A stretch of DNA of 64,000 bases from Phoronis australis (GCA_002633005.1 NMRA01000748.1:97785-161784); one strand, 5' to 3'. Shown: positions 13,268-26,660, counted from the stretch's first letter. The notes: generated by a model not told the origin, from the letters alone. Program-made: numbers and translations.

Positions 13268-15726
13268 TTCTGCATCCCACTAAAAAACCATGCTTCATAA
13301 GCGCTCTCCGGACACAACTGCACTATGACAGCTAAACCAACTCTAACTCAGTATTTGGACATTTGGAAACACAGTCAAATCTTTTGTTGCAAATTCTTTG
13401 ATGTTCTTAATTGAACATGTTAGTCATTCATATTGGGTGAATTACCTCCCAGCAGCCTTCTCAGATCTGCAAACCTATCTAAAGTGTATCTTCGTTGAAG
13501 ATTTCTGTCATAAATTCCCATCAGTACACGTTTGCCATGTATTTTTATACGTTTGCCAATGTTCTTCATTCTAGCGAGAATATCTGGTGGATCTTCTGAT
13601 AGCATATCATAATTTTACACATTTGCAACTCAAATTAACACATTTTATACGTTAACGTGACATTTTTTTACACATTTGACATGTAATGTATCCTATTTTT
13701 ACACGTTTTAAATGCTAGCATTGGCTTCGTTTTAGTTTTAACACTCTTCACTACTTTGCAATTTAAAAACAGAAATGGTGCCAGCGAGTCCTCCCAACTT
13801 TAACGGTCGATGAACAAATTAACAAGAATTTAATTGAAAAATTATGGCATGACCTTGTCTGCTTACAAAGTAATAAGTAAAACCCAGCAACAAGCATTCC
13901 GAAAACAGGAACAGTTAATAAAGCAGATTTCAGTCAAACGATCAGGTCACGTCAATGTTTAGCTATGTAATACAATTTTTTTCATAAATCTATCATTTTT
14001 CTGTAGTATATCAAAAGACCAGTTACTGAAGAAACAATTTAGTATCTTGCCTGCACAATCAATTTGGAAGTTTACCAAAACAGGTTAGCCACTTAAGTCA
14101 AGCAATGGTAACGGGAGAGAGAGGATCAGGGTCAGATGCTCCATCAGTTCTCAATCTAATGCCATAAAACTGTGAACTTAGGTGGATAAGACCACAGCTG
14201 ATCGGGTTTGCCTGAATCTGAGATTCTGCATGTGTTATAAAACAGCAAAAACAGCACGACACTGAAGTTGTTAATACGTACAGTGCTTATCTGTCAGTCA
14301 TCCGCTAACAAAGAGACCAGTGTGGGTCTTGGAAAGGGCTTAAACCCACATGGTGAAAATAAAATAAATTTATTCCTCAATCATTTAAATCAGATACTAC
14401 TAAGCATGTCTGATAAATAATACTAAAAATAAAAAAATTCAAAAACTAACCAATCTTTAGACCATAATGCTCAAAAGTAGTGGGTGAGTAGTTTGACGAA
14501 TAGTGGGCACTTAACACGAATTTTTCACAAATAGGGGTCAATGTGGGCACTTGTATTAGCACAGGCATTAACCCGAATGTTCATGTTAACGACACATTGA
14601 ATCTTAACTCACCTAGAATGCTGCATGTCATAAAAAATAAATGCAGAGTGTCAAAACAAGCCCACTCATACACAGCACGTTTTGAGGCTCCTCAACAAAA
14701 AGACACGTAACATTTGTTATCATTACATTTCAGTATGGTTGGCATGCCAATTTTGTAAAACTATACCAGTCGGGAGACAGCTTGGAAACGGGCAGAGCGT
14801 CGCGGCGGAGCAGAAACGTCGTCATTGTGGATGACAGTCAAACACAGTCGAGTGAGAAAAGCGGCTGTTGTTAAAGGAAATCATTTTGATGGTGATGGCG
14901 ATACATACACTGAATTGTTAACAGTGGTGATATAGACCTGGGGCGTTGCGTTTCCTGAATTGAATGTAACGTGGCGTGGCTTTAACATAAGTCAGTTTCA
15001 TTCCTCCCACATGAGACACACACCTTCTTTTGCTATGTACTCAATTCTCTTCCAATATTCACAAATTGTATGGATATTTTTTATACTTTCTTGGTAATCA
15101 TAAGATTTTTAAAAAACATATTATTTATTTGCCATATCTGCAAAGTTTTGGGGATGATTTCAGTTGATTTCGATTGCATGTCAAAGCCTTTTTATCAGCC
15201 ATTTTCAGGTCTTTGTTTTTTAACACTATTGGCAGTTTTGATCATCAAGTTTCCTATAATGCGAGCATTGATTCACATGGAATTTCACTTGTTTCATAGT
15301 CTATAGCCGAACGTTTCAATTTTTGTTTACCTCTGAACAGCAGCAATATCGGTCAATAAAAACGAAGAGTTGCAATGATTGCCGATGTCTTTGTTCATTG
15401 AAGAACAATAAAAAATATGATACGCAGTTCCCAACACAGTAACAGCACAAAGACACAGTTCAAACAATAACTTGCCCACAGTGTGAGCACCCTATAGTGA
15501 ATCAAAATTTTCTGTATATTATAACTGGGTTCAAATGTTTTGAAAACGAACTGCAGAGTGCCAGAAAACGGCTAGAGCTCGTGTAAAAACAACGTGCTCT
15601 TGAGAAAAGAATGTCAGTGCGAACATCTGTAAGGTTCATTAGGGAATTTTGGAAGTCCAAACTTCACCATAAGTGTGTGAAATTGTGAGAAATGAGAAAT
15701 CAGTTACCTTTAAGATCAACACCACC

Positions 15727-15830
15727 AAAGGCTCCAACAGGACCAAGAGGATCATCAAGAGCTCCAGCAGGACCAAGAGAATGTTCAAAGGCTCCAGCAG
15801 GACCAAGAGAATCTTCAAAGGCTCCAGCAA
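15727..15830. repeat. 30-bp minisatellite x ~3.5
   Basis: Unit close to aaaggctccagcaggaccaagagaatcttc; reads GAFEDSLGPA on the minus strand. Confidence 0.9.
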
Positions 15831-16203
15831 CATCAGCAGGATCAGGGGTTGGATCAACATGGTTAAACGCTAGGGATGAATCATCACTTTGACTAATGAC
15901 ACCTGCAAGTGACAATGAATAACAGAAACACTTCATTTGCCATGAAATTAGGACACTGACATATAAAAACGACAGATCTAGTCTCCCATTTGATTCACAA
16001 GAGATGAAAACAAACTTGATATCACAAACAAATTCACATTCACTAATCCAATTTTTAACTACACTGTCAACTTTACCGCAAAAATTACTCCATTTTAGAC
16101 ACTCACTAATCTCCAAAAATCCATATGTGCATTGTCAGAACTCACAAAGGTACTCGTTTGATGAAATAAAATATTTCTCTCCTTCTTGTGCACTTGAAAT
16201 CTT

Positions 16204-17479
16204 ATTTATGATCGACATATGTCCCGAATGATACAAGGTAGTTCGTGCATCGCAAGCTTGTTACCAGAGATGAAACCAAGACCTGGGTAAGCGATATAAG
16301 GTCATTTATTATGACTAATACAATTACAAGTAAGGTCATTTATATGACGGGCCCCCACAGTCCCTTAAATGTTCCAACAACCTCAACAATTTCCTCCTCC
16401 TCTGTTCATCCATCGGTATCCCTATCAACCGGGAAAAAACTATTCTTCCCACTACAGCCCTCAATCTTTTCAGCATCCACCCCAACACTGCCACAATGTC
16501 TGCCTCCCTGCCAAGGACAAGCTCGACAAGGCCGCGGAGCTCCTCAACCACTTCCAACGCAAACCCACAGTCATGCTCCATGACATGCAGTCCCTCCTCG
16601 GCCTCCTCAACGTCGCCTTCCTCGTAATCGTGTGAGGATGTGCTTTTCTAGGCCGCCTCATTGACCACACCAAGGGGCTCCACGGCGTCCTCACCATCAT
16701 GTGACTGTCAACAACGAGGCTCGCGCTGACATACGTTAGTGGCTCCTCTTCCTCGAGCACTTCAATGGCAAATCACTTCTACTTTTCGACAAATGGGTGT
16801 CGTCTTCATCCATCAAACTCTACACTGAGGCCGCTGCCGTCCATGGTGGTTTTGCTGCCGTCTTCGGCTCCCAATGGTTTGCGGGACACTCGCCACCGTC
16901 TACATCCGACCTCCACATTACCTTCAAGGAACTCTTCCCCATCGTCCTCGCCACTGAGATCTGGGGTCACAAAGTGGGCATGAGCTGTCTTCCTACATCT
17001 CTTGTGGCACTTTGCCCATCTTACCAGAGATTAGTATTTCTTACCTTACTTATCTTTAGTCACTACCTATTACTGGTATTGTATTAGTCATATAACTACC
17101 TTACTTATAACTGTATGATTGTGTCATTTAGCTGTCTTACAACATCTCTTGTGGCGTTTTTTATTGCCCATCTTACCAGAGATTACCAATTATACTTTAT
17201 TTACCTGTATTCATTATATTGTAATTGTACTAGTCATAATAAATGACCTAATATCGCCTACCTCCCTCTCCTTTTCATCTCTGGTAACAAGCTTGCGAGG
17301 CATGTATCATTTATCTATTATTTGGGACATATGTCGATCAAAAATGACCTTATTTGTGATTGTATTAGACATAATAAATGACCTTATATTGCCTACCCAG
17401 GTCTTGGTTTCATCTTTGGTAACGAGCTTGCGACGCACGAACTACCATATATCATTTGGGACAAATATTGATCATAAAT
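16204..17479. repeat. ~138-bp inverted repeat (16204-16341 vs 17341-17479) bracketing the Ngaro/DIRS fragment, with further terminal-repeat pieces
   Basis: The arms are reverse-complementary with moderate divergence. A partial third copy lies at ~17225-17342. The motif ttgcccatc(t/g)ttaccagagatta recurs at ~17012, ~17164 and ~17835. Confidence 0.75.
16345..16975 (+). mobile_element. Decayed Ngaro/DIRS-type tyrosine-recombinase retrotransposon, RT C-terminus to RNase H
   Basis: GPPQSLKCSNNLNNFLLLCSSIGIPINREKT; LPAKDKLDK...MQSLLGLLN; AFLGRLID; WLLFLEHFNGKS; KLYTEAA..GGFAAVFGSQWFAG...HITFKELFPIVLATEIWG. Confidence 0.85.
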
Positions 17480-18659
17480 GGTATTTCACTCGTTAAATAT
17501 ATTTAATTGTGAGCATATGGTCCCGTGTTACTCCTTTCCCCCCTCAATTCGGTCTAGTCCATTAATTCCTTTGTGTAGGACTACTCGTCGTTCTCCCAGC
17601 CTCATTGGCCAATTGTATCACGTGCCCAGAGTTTGGTCAGCTCTGGGGCTCTCATAGGCTTATGATTGTCACGTGTCCTTAGGAATTCACATTTGTTATT
17701 GTAACCTCGTTTCCTGTTCACCTACTTCGTTCCGGCCTCGTCGACGTACGTCTAAAACTTCTCAAATTTTCCCACCCCCTACCATCCCCCTTTTCAGCAT
17801 TCCCTCGAACCTCCACGTGGCCGGAGCTTTTTATTTGCCCATCGTTACCAGAGATTAGTATTTATTTAACTGAAGACCTGATTAATAACACCTTAAATTA
17901 GTATTACACCTCAATTTAGTATTGCACCATTTCCAGTATCTTGAATCCAACCCGATATCTCTTTAACTGTTTGATCATTTAAAGTTAACACAGAGTAAGC
18001 AACATATACACACGTCAAATACAATAGAAAAAACAAACGCATGCAACAATACTATCAATGCAAACAACACTTGACTTAAGCAGTAATCAATAAATCAAAT
18101 AGATTTTAGAATGCCGTGCCGTTACCGATGGATTCAATGTAAAATAATAAAAATATTAAAAATAGTAAAGGTTATGTAGGGCCATAGAAAAATGTCCAAT
18201 TATGGCCAACTTTGTGTCTCATATTCACATGAAACTTTCAGATAATATAAATATACACTGTGCTCCAAAATCGTTTTTAAAGTCTTACACTTTTATATGA
18301 GGAGGAATCATAAAACAGGAGCACCACATTGACATGTCTGTGCATTCTGCCAAATATTTACAATTGAATTACGGTCTTTAACTCGGCAAAAATGTTTCTA
18401 AAGAAAAGAGACTGTAGAATTTAATTCTTGGCTTGATAACAATAGAGTGGGTCACATGGTCACGTGTTTTAGTAAAATTTACAAAAACGTTGACACATAT
18501 AGTTTTATAAATTATTTTGTTTTGTTTCATGCAACTTTTATTAAAAAAATCATATAAAGTCTTTTATTTGATAGCTCGATGCAACAGCGGAACATTCTAA
18601 AAACAATTCCTAACAACATGTTAGAATACAGTCAGCGTATGTCTGAAGGTCTCACATAC

Positions 18660-21600
18660 CCGGAAAATAAGACTCGGCCATTTCTGAAATATGATGTTCC
18701 AAAGATAGCCACATTTAGATATTTTTCTGGAGACCGACACAACCTCAAATGTAAATTGGTAAAGCAAACTACTGGTACTCTAAAAAAGGTGGATTAAGGT
18801 TCCAGCTATCACACTTATGGAACCATGTCCTGACCTTGATACCGCGTCGCCTGGTTAAAACACTACCTGTTGGCCAGGGTGGTAATACCACTTGCCAAGC
18901 TGAAGTCTGTCAGAGACCGATGCAATGCTGATAGCCCTAGTAAGCAAATTCCAATATTGTACATTTTCTGTATTTTTTTACCTCAGCTGGGCTTCTCAAA
19001 ACTTTCATGCTTTTAACAAACTAGCTACCTAAACTACACTTTTGTTCAAGACATATCGTGGTCCATTTTCAAGATTTACAACTAGGTGCTTATCCTTTAC
19101 GCATGAAGGAAACGGGAATACTAATTTTAAGGCTGTTTAAGGTTTTGGCAAATCATACATAATACTTCCTAAAGATCATTTTCCCTTCATGACATTTTCT
19201 ATATAATATATCCATGCACCCCTTTAGTGCATATTAATTCACTTATCATTACCTCATTTAAATTATCATTGAAAGAAGATCCTAAATGACTTCAGTTTTG
19301 TAGTAATTTAATCTACTATCAACAGCAATTACCATATTCATCTACAAATCTCATGTTCAGCTTAAAACCCACCACCTAAATTTGTGAATTTTCACTTCTA
19401 AATTAAATTTGCTGAGTCTCTATTCAGACTTCTTCCCCTGTGGGCTGGGCTATGTAAGCAGGTCACCACTACAGTTGTACACTGAGCAGTTAACACAGCA
19501 TTCAATGGGATCATTGGCTTGTCCAGTGAACTCACCCACAGCAGGATAACTTGAAGGGAGTTCAATAGCGGAGTTGCAATGCCGCCATATTGGAAATGGG
19601 TCAGAATGTTGCATTGTGGTTAATGCGGTATTATTCAGTAAACAAATACATCAGCAAGCGTGGGGGCGAACTGGCTACAGGGAGGTTATACGTGTTGTGA
19701 GCCTGGCTGCTAACAGTTAGGGAGATAAAGAATTTAGTTACTACCTGTTTCCCAAGGATCATGAACTGCGTAAAAAATGGGTCAGAAACATTGGTAGAGC
19801 TGGTAGCAAAGGCCGATTTAGTGAATTCTTCCCGACTTCCTGGCATAAAGTATGCTGCGCTCATTTTGAGGGAGGCAAGAAAACGTATCTAGGAAATTGC
19901 CCAACAATATTTCCCTCGAAAGAAACAGCAACAAATACTCCACGGCGGAGGGTAGTGAAAAAAACTTGTTTTCGCTTGACCAGAACCAAGCCAACCTGAG
20001 CAATTTTGAGGATAATGCCTCTGCACAATCACCTGTTCTGTCGACTCACTTAACGCACACTATGCAATAACGAGCTAAAACAAAGTCCAGAATATTATTT
20101 TACTTTCTACAAAATTGTGGTGCATTGCTATCAAAATTTGTTGTTAAATTACGATCATTTTTCAGAAAATTGTGCTGAAATCCCAGGGCTAAATCTCGCC
20201 GACAGATGCGTAGGTGCCAGTCTCGCAATCGTCGATAGGGCAACTTGAATTCTTGAATAAGAATAGTTTCGACTCAACAAATTACCTGAAATCCTCCTTA
20301 AGTTTTCTCAATAGCGTCTCTTAGATTTTTAAGTTCTTGTCGAGTCTGGATTAAGTTCAAATCTGCGCTAGATTGTAGCCCGCAACATGAGAAAAATCTC
20401 TAGAGGAACACACATGTTGTTGTCACGTGACGTGTGTTTTGAAGTTTGTATGCGTGTGTGTGAGAAAGTAAGCGTGCGTGTGCTTGTCATCAGAGTTCAT
20501 TTGCCACAGTAAATGTGATGTAATGATCTAGGTGTGCATTTTAACCAAAGAAATTAAATCAAGCAGTAAAGCAGAGCGTGTTTTAATATTTAGCACTTGC
20601 TGGCCTCATCTGCTAAAAACGTTCGAGAATTGTTTCGGTAAGACCGACATGTCACTCATTGAGTCGCCTGGTGAGTGGATGCGTGACCGTAGTGTAACAG
20701 CTATCTTCCGGAAGGTTCAGGGCGTAAGGGTGCGAATGTGTTCACTATCAGTGGGTCATTTTGACTTTAAAAACACGAATTATGATTAGGTAAATAATTT
20801 TTCTTAAAAATAATTCAAAAGTTTTTACAGTATTAGAACCTTTCGGAAATTAGTGCCAATATTTATTTCTTGCCAATGCTATGTTACCCGTTTCATGAAT
20901 AGATAGTTCTTGACTAAATGTCTTTGATGACAGCCGGTACATTATGCAGCGCGTGCTTCTTGGCCGCGTGCTAACACTAGTCGAGTTTTTTTATTAGTCT
21001 TCGATTCAAGGTTTTCAGGTGTACAAAGAAGTTTCGATTCCTGTTGAGGCGGGAGAAGATCTGTACCGGAAAGATACAATGCAAGGCCGCCAACAAGAAC
21101 GCTGCGTCTGTTTTCAAAGTCCAGACCATAGTGGGACAGATTCCTCACAAGAGCAGCAAAATTTTTTGAATCGCGGGCCTAAGTTTGAAGTGTATACTGA
21201 CAAAATGGTGAAGTACATGGTCTACAAACTCAGGACTGTCGGATCTTTCAATTGATAAATTGGAGACGTTACTGTAGAATTTTAGAACTGTCGGTAAGGC
21301 ATTTTTTGCATGTAGTTCATGGGCTATGCGCTTACTTTAGCGAAGTATGAAAATGCGTGAGGGCACCTATAGGGGCATGGACGCTTATTAGGCAGAATTA
21401 CATAGAGCAGCGTAGTTTAATGCACACAAATCACACGTCGTGCAAACCAATCGGCCATTCCACATTATCAACCCTGATTTCCGGACATGCGCAATCGTTA
21501 AATCGATCTGCTTGCAACTCCGCTATTCTCAAGGCCAGCTCCAGAAAACCACCATGCAACACCCTTGCCACAAGCCAACAAGCATATTGTTTGCATTTTG

Positions 21601-23621
21601 TTAATTATGGTAACTTACCTGGCTATTAACTTGAACTGGCTTGCAATTAGATTCAAATCCTGGGAGGTTAAACTCGCATTTTGCCCTGTTTAGTTGACTA
21701 TAGAACAATAATGGAATTAGGCCTTTTACTTTTAAATTAATAAAATTCAACCCTGACACTATTCTATTTCCCTTACTAACATTACCATAGAAACCATCAA
21801 CAATTTATGGAAAATTTATTGGGGTTAACCAACCCTAAAATTGTGAGTTCATAAATGGTGCATGTATGTATTGCCATTTACTTTCATTGGGATCTCTTGT
21901 TGGTAAGGAACACTATGAAACCAAATTTATGAAAGTAAAAGGCCAAATTTGACCATTGCTTACCCAACAAACAGGGCGAAATGAAGCTTTAACCAAGGTA
22001 TAGACTTCCATAATGAAGTGAAACACAAACTTCAAGTGAACTGTACGCAACATTGCGAAAGAAGAACTGCCAATTGCACATAATGTGAAAACCGAAATTG
22101 GCCAACAGACAGCGTTCTATTTAACAACGTTCGTAGTCAAGAGGGCACATAAGATCACTCCACAATCTCAGCAGCTGAATAACCGAAGAACAGTGTTTTT
22201 TTAACACCAGTAACCAGTTTATTCTAAACAAGGAAGTCAGGTGCGAGTCCCGTGTCTGATTTTATTTTGCTCACTTATCGTTCTAAAGTAGTGTATTTGT
22301 ACTTCAACAGCTTGGACTAACTCAACTGTACCTGGAATGCCACTCTTCTCATGCTCAGCTACTTCACTGCTGCCACCTGAAATACAATGTGAACAATATG
22401 TAGCAACCAAATCTAAAATGCCCCATTTAGTTGGATTCTGTGGTATTTACCCACAGTGCTGTACAACATACATCCCACAGCTCTACACTGCTGCAGCGCT
22501 ATCCACTATTCAACAGCAAAATTGTTTTGGCATTTGCTTAAATTGAACTTTTTTACAGTTGGGAGTAGGCACTTAGGTGAGTCTGACTGTAAAACCCTAT
22601 GTCTATTATAATAGCAACTAATATTGGAAAAATTCAGGAGGTTTTAGGCCCCTGTTAACCATGGTACTGGCACATTCATCGTGGTAGTCAGTGGCTTGCA
22701 TGTGTGACTGTCAGTAACATAAAGTGTCCACTAATTGTCGCTTGCATGAACCTGTCATCTGGCTGGGTACAGACCAGGTGATTAGGTGAAGTGCTTGAAT
22801 TCAGAACCAATTTAATTGTATTGAAAATTATTGGCAACTTGATTATTAATGCATTTAGTAGTACCAGTAATAACAATAACAATTTTGTTGGTATTGTTGC
22901 TCATCTAAATCCTATGCATAACAGATATGGTGGGGCTGGACCTTTACCGTGGGGAGGGAGTTCGAACGAAACCCCCGAATCCCCCCAAGCTATGAGCCTG
23001 AGCTATGTTATGGTTGTATAGAATCTGAATGCAAAGCATCTTATTTCCGTGGTAAGACAAAAGATGCGAATTCCATCACACTGTTAATAAGCCAGTACAC
23101 TGTAGTAAATAAACATACGCAATGTAGGGTGTTATTATGCACCAACCCTGTGCATCGCATAAAGCGCAGATCAAAAAGATAACCATTATTTCAAATACTC
23201 CCATTAAACAGGGGAATAGTATCATGGTCAATCTTCAATTACTTTAATTAGCATACAATATGGCTGACAAGTGAATTCTGTTTTGTAAAATTTATCCACA
23301 GATTTATGTGGGCCGATGGAAACTAAAGCCAGGTTCTATCTTTTCTGAAACCATTCTGTTCCTCTCCCATAAATGCCGACATCCCCAACATTCCAAATAT
23401 GTTTTGAATGCCTATCCTTAACTCAATGCTCACATCTTAATTTTTTAATTAATCCTGATCAATTAATGTGTTAACCAAAACATAATGATTAAGAGCACAT
23501 CAAACCTACCATCACCATCCACTTGAGGATCCTGCACGGCGCTATCTGCATCCAATCTTCCACCAAAATCCTCATCATTCCTCACCTTCCCCAAGTACCT
23601 TGAGTTATCGGCGCTGCCCAT
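18660..23621 (-). CDS. Candidate spliced exons of an unidentified gene or pseudogene: 23621-23510, 22376-22332, 18936-18867, 18779-18660
   Basis: AG/GT boundaries, gccATGg start context, compatible phases 1,1,2,2 and an 87-nt intron between the last two exons. Joined: MGSADNSRYLGKVRNDEDFGGRLDADSAVQDPQVDGDGGSSEVAEHEKSGIPGLSALHRSLTDFSLASGITTLANRVPVVCFTNLHLRLCRSPEKYLNVAIFGTSYFRNGRVLFSG. No family recognised. The last two exons are also open in a second frame. Confidence 0.35.
19567..21524 (+). mobile_element. ISL2EU-like (PIF/Harbinger superfamily) defective DNA transposon
   Basis: Perfect TIR AGCGGAGTTGCAA (19567-19579) / TTGCAACTCCGCT (21512-21524), AT on both flanks (putative 2-bp TSD), and a THAP relic just inside the left end. 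Confidence 0.7.
19681..19920 (+). pseudogene. THAP zinc-finger domain relic (transposase N-terminus)
   Basis: GGYTCCEPGC/(frameshift, stop)DKEFSYYLFPKDHELRKKWVRNIGR...HKVCCAHFEGGKKTYLGNCPTIFP. This is the C2CH signature with FP, W, C-x-x-HF and PTIF. It is absent from the ORF track. Confidence 0.9.
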
Positions 23622-24538
23622 GGCGTGTCAAAATTGAAAGTAGACCCATTGTGCCTTAAAAACAAAATTAAAATTAATAGCCTAAATCAAGTGAATCAAA
23701 TTAACAAATAAACACTGTATGAATGGTGTAGAAGTTATCGTCTCTTCCTCGCGTGATGTTGCAAACTGAGCACTGCTAGATTAACGTTAAGACATCAACA
23801 GTCACTTTTTGCGACATGAATCGATCACTAACTCTCACATGATAAGTCTTGTATTCCAAGACTTTTATGGAAACCGGCTTGTATCCCTAGAATGTACAAA
23901 AACATCATTGCTCTTCCCTCAAACAACACTTGAAAACCCCTTGTTGAATATGGATTAGACACTAATTGAATGGAGTTGGCACATAAAAAGCAAAGTATCA
24001 TCCCAGTTCTGAAACAAAGTTGACAGGCCAGCGTATTTAGCCAAATGCCTACAAAATTAGAGATTTTAATTCAGTATAGTTAACGTCTTCAAGCAGAAAG
24101 CCAATAAATTTGACTTCTGACTTTTACCAATGTGTTATTTTAAGTGGGTCATAATGATCATGTCTTTTTTAGTAAAACTTAAAAACAAGCATTAAAAGTA
24201 AAACAATGAAATCAGTAACATGATCAAATTTTATTTGACGTAAATGTTCAAGGTGAGATGTCAAAAACGCTACTACAGTTTTCTAATATATCATTTTGTT
24301 TTTGTTGTTTTATGCAACTTTAAATTTTTTCACATAAGTAATTTTCATAGCCTCTCCCCATTCAAAGGCGGAACATCTCAAAAAGCAATAACTAAGAGCA
24401 TTTTGGAAAACTGCATAGAGCATACTAGTATCTGAAAGTTTTACACAAATCCCACCAGCCATTTCTGAGAATTTTTTCAATTTCTGTAATAAAGACCATG
24501 GACCCACTGTATAAAAGAAGAACATGTAACATACTTAA

Positions 24539-26149
24539 AAGAGCATGCCACCCAAAAAACAAAAATTAATTTGTATCAATTTAGATCGAGAAGTTCTACT
24601 CCATAACGACACGTTCGGTTGCGTTACCTGACACCTGACGGCAGACGGAGGTGTTGAAATTATCCAATCACGTCATCGGTTTCACACACAGTCTCTTCAG
24701 CAGTTCACAACACGGGTTACTGGTGTCAGCTTATCGCTTGAAGTCATCATAAATCATCAAATTTCGATGTAAAACCCTCAAAAATACACTGAGTTCTTAT
24801 AAAAACGTGATGTTTTAGTTCGCTTTTACGGATTTATTGGTATTTGGTTACACCGTAGCCTACAAAGTTCGGCAGGCCAATATGGTCCATAGCAGGAGTT
24901 TGGGGTCTGTTCGGAGATAATTTAGAAGTATTATTTTCCGTGAGATACAGACAGGAGAACCTAGATCTGTGTTGTTTAGACCTGTGATATTTTGAGTTCT
25001 AAACACAAAACACCCGTTATCGCAGCCGGCCGGATTGACTCGTTATCCCAGCCAGTGGCTCGGAAACTGATCAGACATCACGGACATAAACTAGCCAAAG
25101 TTCAGTGGAAACTAAACTACCAGTCAAGAAAATACTGTACTAGTGAGCCAAAGTAATGTGCACGTGATGAAGTTGGTGAATTAGCCACGAAACTGCAAAT
25201 CTACTTACTCATCGGGGGCTGCGAATTCAGGTTCCGCTTTGACCACAGCACCGTCAGAGCAGAAGTTGTACATTGACAATCATTATTTGAGTAATGTAAA
25301 TGTAAATAAAGATTCCCCTAACACCTGGCCGTGGGATGGAAATCGAGTTGCTTCACAACAGTTTCTGCCAGCAAACACTAAATTAGCATGAGCTCACACG
25401 GCCTCGGTGTCCCGCCAATTAGTTTTATTGCACCTAAAGCTGGTAACGCAGTGATTTATTCATTGCTGCATTCTCAAATCATTTGCACTCACAAACACTC
25501 CAAAGGCATTGCAAATTGCATCTAATGAGACAGACTTTGTTACAGTTTTGTTCATTTTGAAACAGAACGGACGCCAACATGGCAACTTGCAATCCCAACT
25601 TAGGACGAGCTAGAGCTCATCAGTCCCAACTTCGCAGGTGGATCGTTAAGTTTTACAGGCTATCAGTTAATTCAAACAGGAATACAGTGATGAAGAAATA
25701 TTAGAGAGGCGCCGTGAACAAGCTCAAACAACGGAACGTATGGAGTTATTAGGTAAGCCGGCATTCGTCAGGCACTGTCGACGTCTGCAGGCCACAGACA
25801 CGGAGATGTTTTACAGCCTCATACTTGCTATTTACAGCGTACAATTCATTCTTCACTACCATGAGCCACTTTAATTCCTAAGCATTTCGGACTCTCAAGG
25901 AAGTAAAAAAAAACGATATACCCGCTTTCCTCACAGCTGCTTAGTTCGCACAAACGGGAACAATGCACCGCAACATAGTGGCATTCACTCTGCATATGAA
26001 CCACTGACGTCGCTAGCATCGTTTCTCACCTTCCTCACAGGTTAACGCGACACCTCTTGGCAAGGTAAGGTCGACCGTATGCGAGCCGATGTGGATATAG
26101 ACCGATTAAGACGGCAAAAAAAACTAATTAAATCGGGTGGCATTCTCCT
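24539..26149. mobile_element. Kolobok-like non-autonomous DNA transposon (1.6 kb)
   Basis: TTAA at 24535-24538 and 26150-26153. TIR aagagcatgccaccc vs reverse complement aggagaatgccaccc (13/15 match). Termini are purine-purine rather than piggyBac-type CCC. The interior is CpG-rich. Confidence 0.75.
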
Positions 26150-26231
26150 TTAAGAGTGCAATCACGGAGACGAAAAGCATAAAATACATATTTACATAGG
26201 TTAATTAATTTAGCATCATGACTTGTTGACA

Positions 26232-26660
26232 TTAATCTATTGAACTTGAAAAAAGAGGGAAAATTCCAGCAGTGGACTTCAACATAATTACTCTCAATTC
26301 AGAACATTTAGCACACCTTAGAAAGGAAATGGTACTCGTCTTCCACAACAATGGGCAGAAGGGACATACTCTTTGTGCCCTATCCAAATTAAAGTGCCTG
26401 CCTACTTCAATCAGGTACAGTGGCTGGAACAACGAAAACGTGCCACGGGTATACTCAAACTTAAATGTTTTTCCAATTTAAATTCCTTTTTAGATTGACT
26501 ATAAAACACAGCTTAGGATTACTCTCAACATTCATCTCCTTCCTTGCAAAGAACAATCCTTTATTTGCTGTCTAAAATTAACAAAAAAGTATTTTCACAC
26601 ACGCCTTGATTGAACCAAACTTCTTGAAATCCATAATTTGACAATATAACTCTAACTGGC
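26232..26660 (-). mobile_element. LINE 3' end fragment, RTEX-like
   Basis: YGFQEVWFNQGV...FRQQIKDCSLQ and LIEVGRHFNLDRAQRVCPFCP..VEDEYHFL..C...LR (C-terminal zinc-knuckle region), frameshifted. Confidence 0.75.

Larger units (their letters stand above)
9305..13719. repeat. Near-identical tandem segment pair (9305-10993 and 11009-13719) joined at a single N; probably two haplotypes
   Basis: The copies are colinear with only scattered substitutions. Copy 2 has extra 11577-12529 (953 bp) and ~13270-13326 (57 bp). Copy 1 ends exactly at the N at 10994. Confidence 0.9.

Noticed and set aside
10035-13605. Duplicated ORF pairs (10035/12704, 10694/13420, 9409/11113) as conserved genes
   Set aside because: Their identity reflects the near-identical segment pair; one ORF crosses a MITE boundary.
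21618-21658. 41-nt minus-strand exon candidate with a strong CAG|gtaagt donor
   Set aside because: It leaves phase 0, which hits a stop in the next candidate exon (18936); left out of the model.
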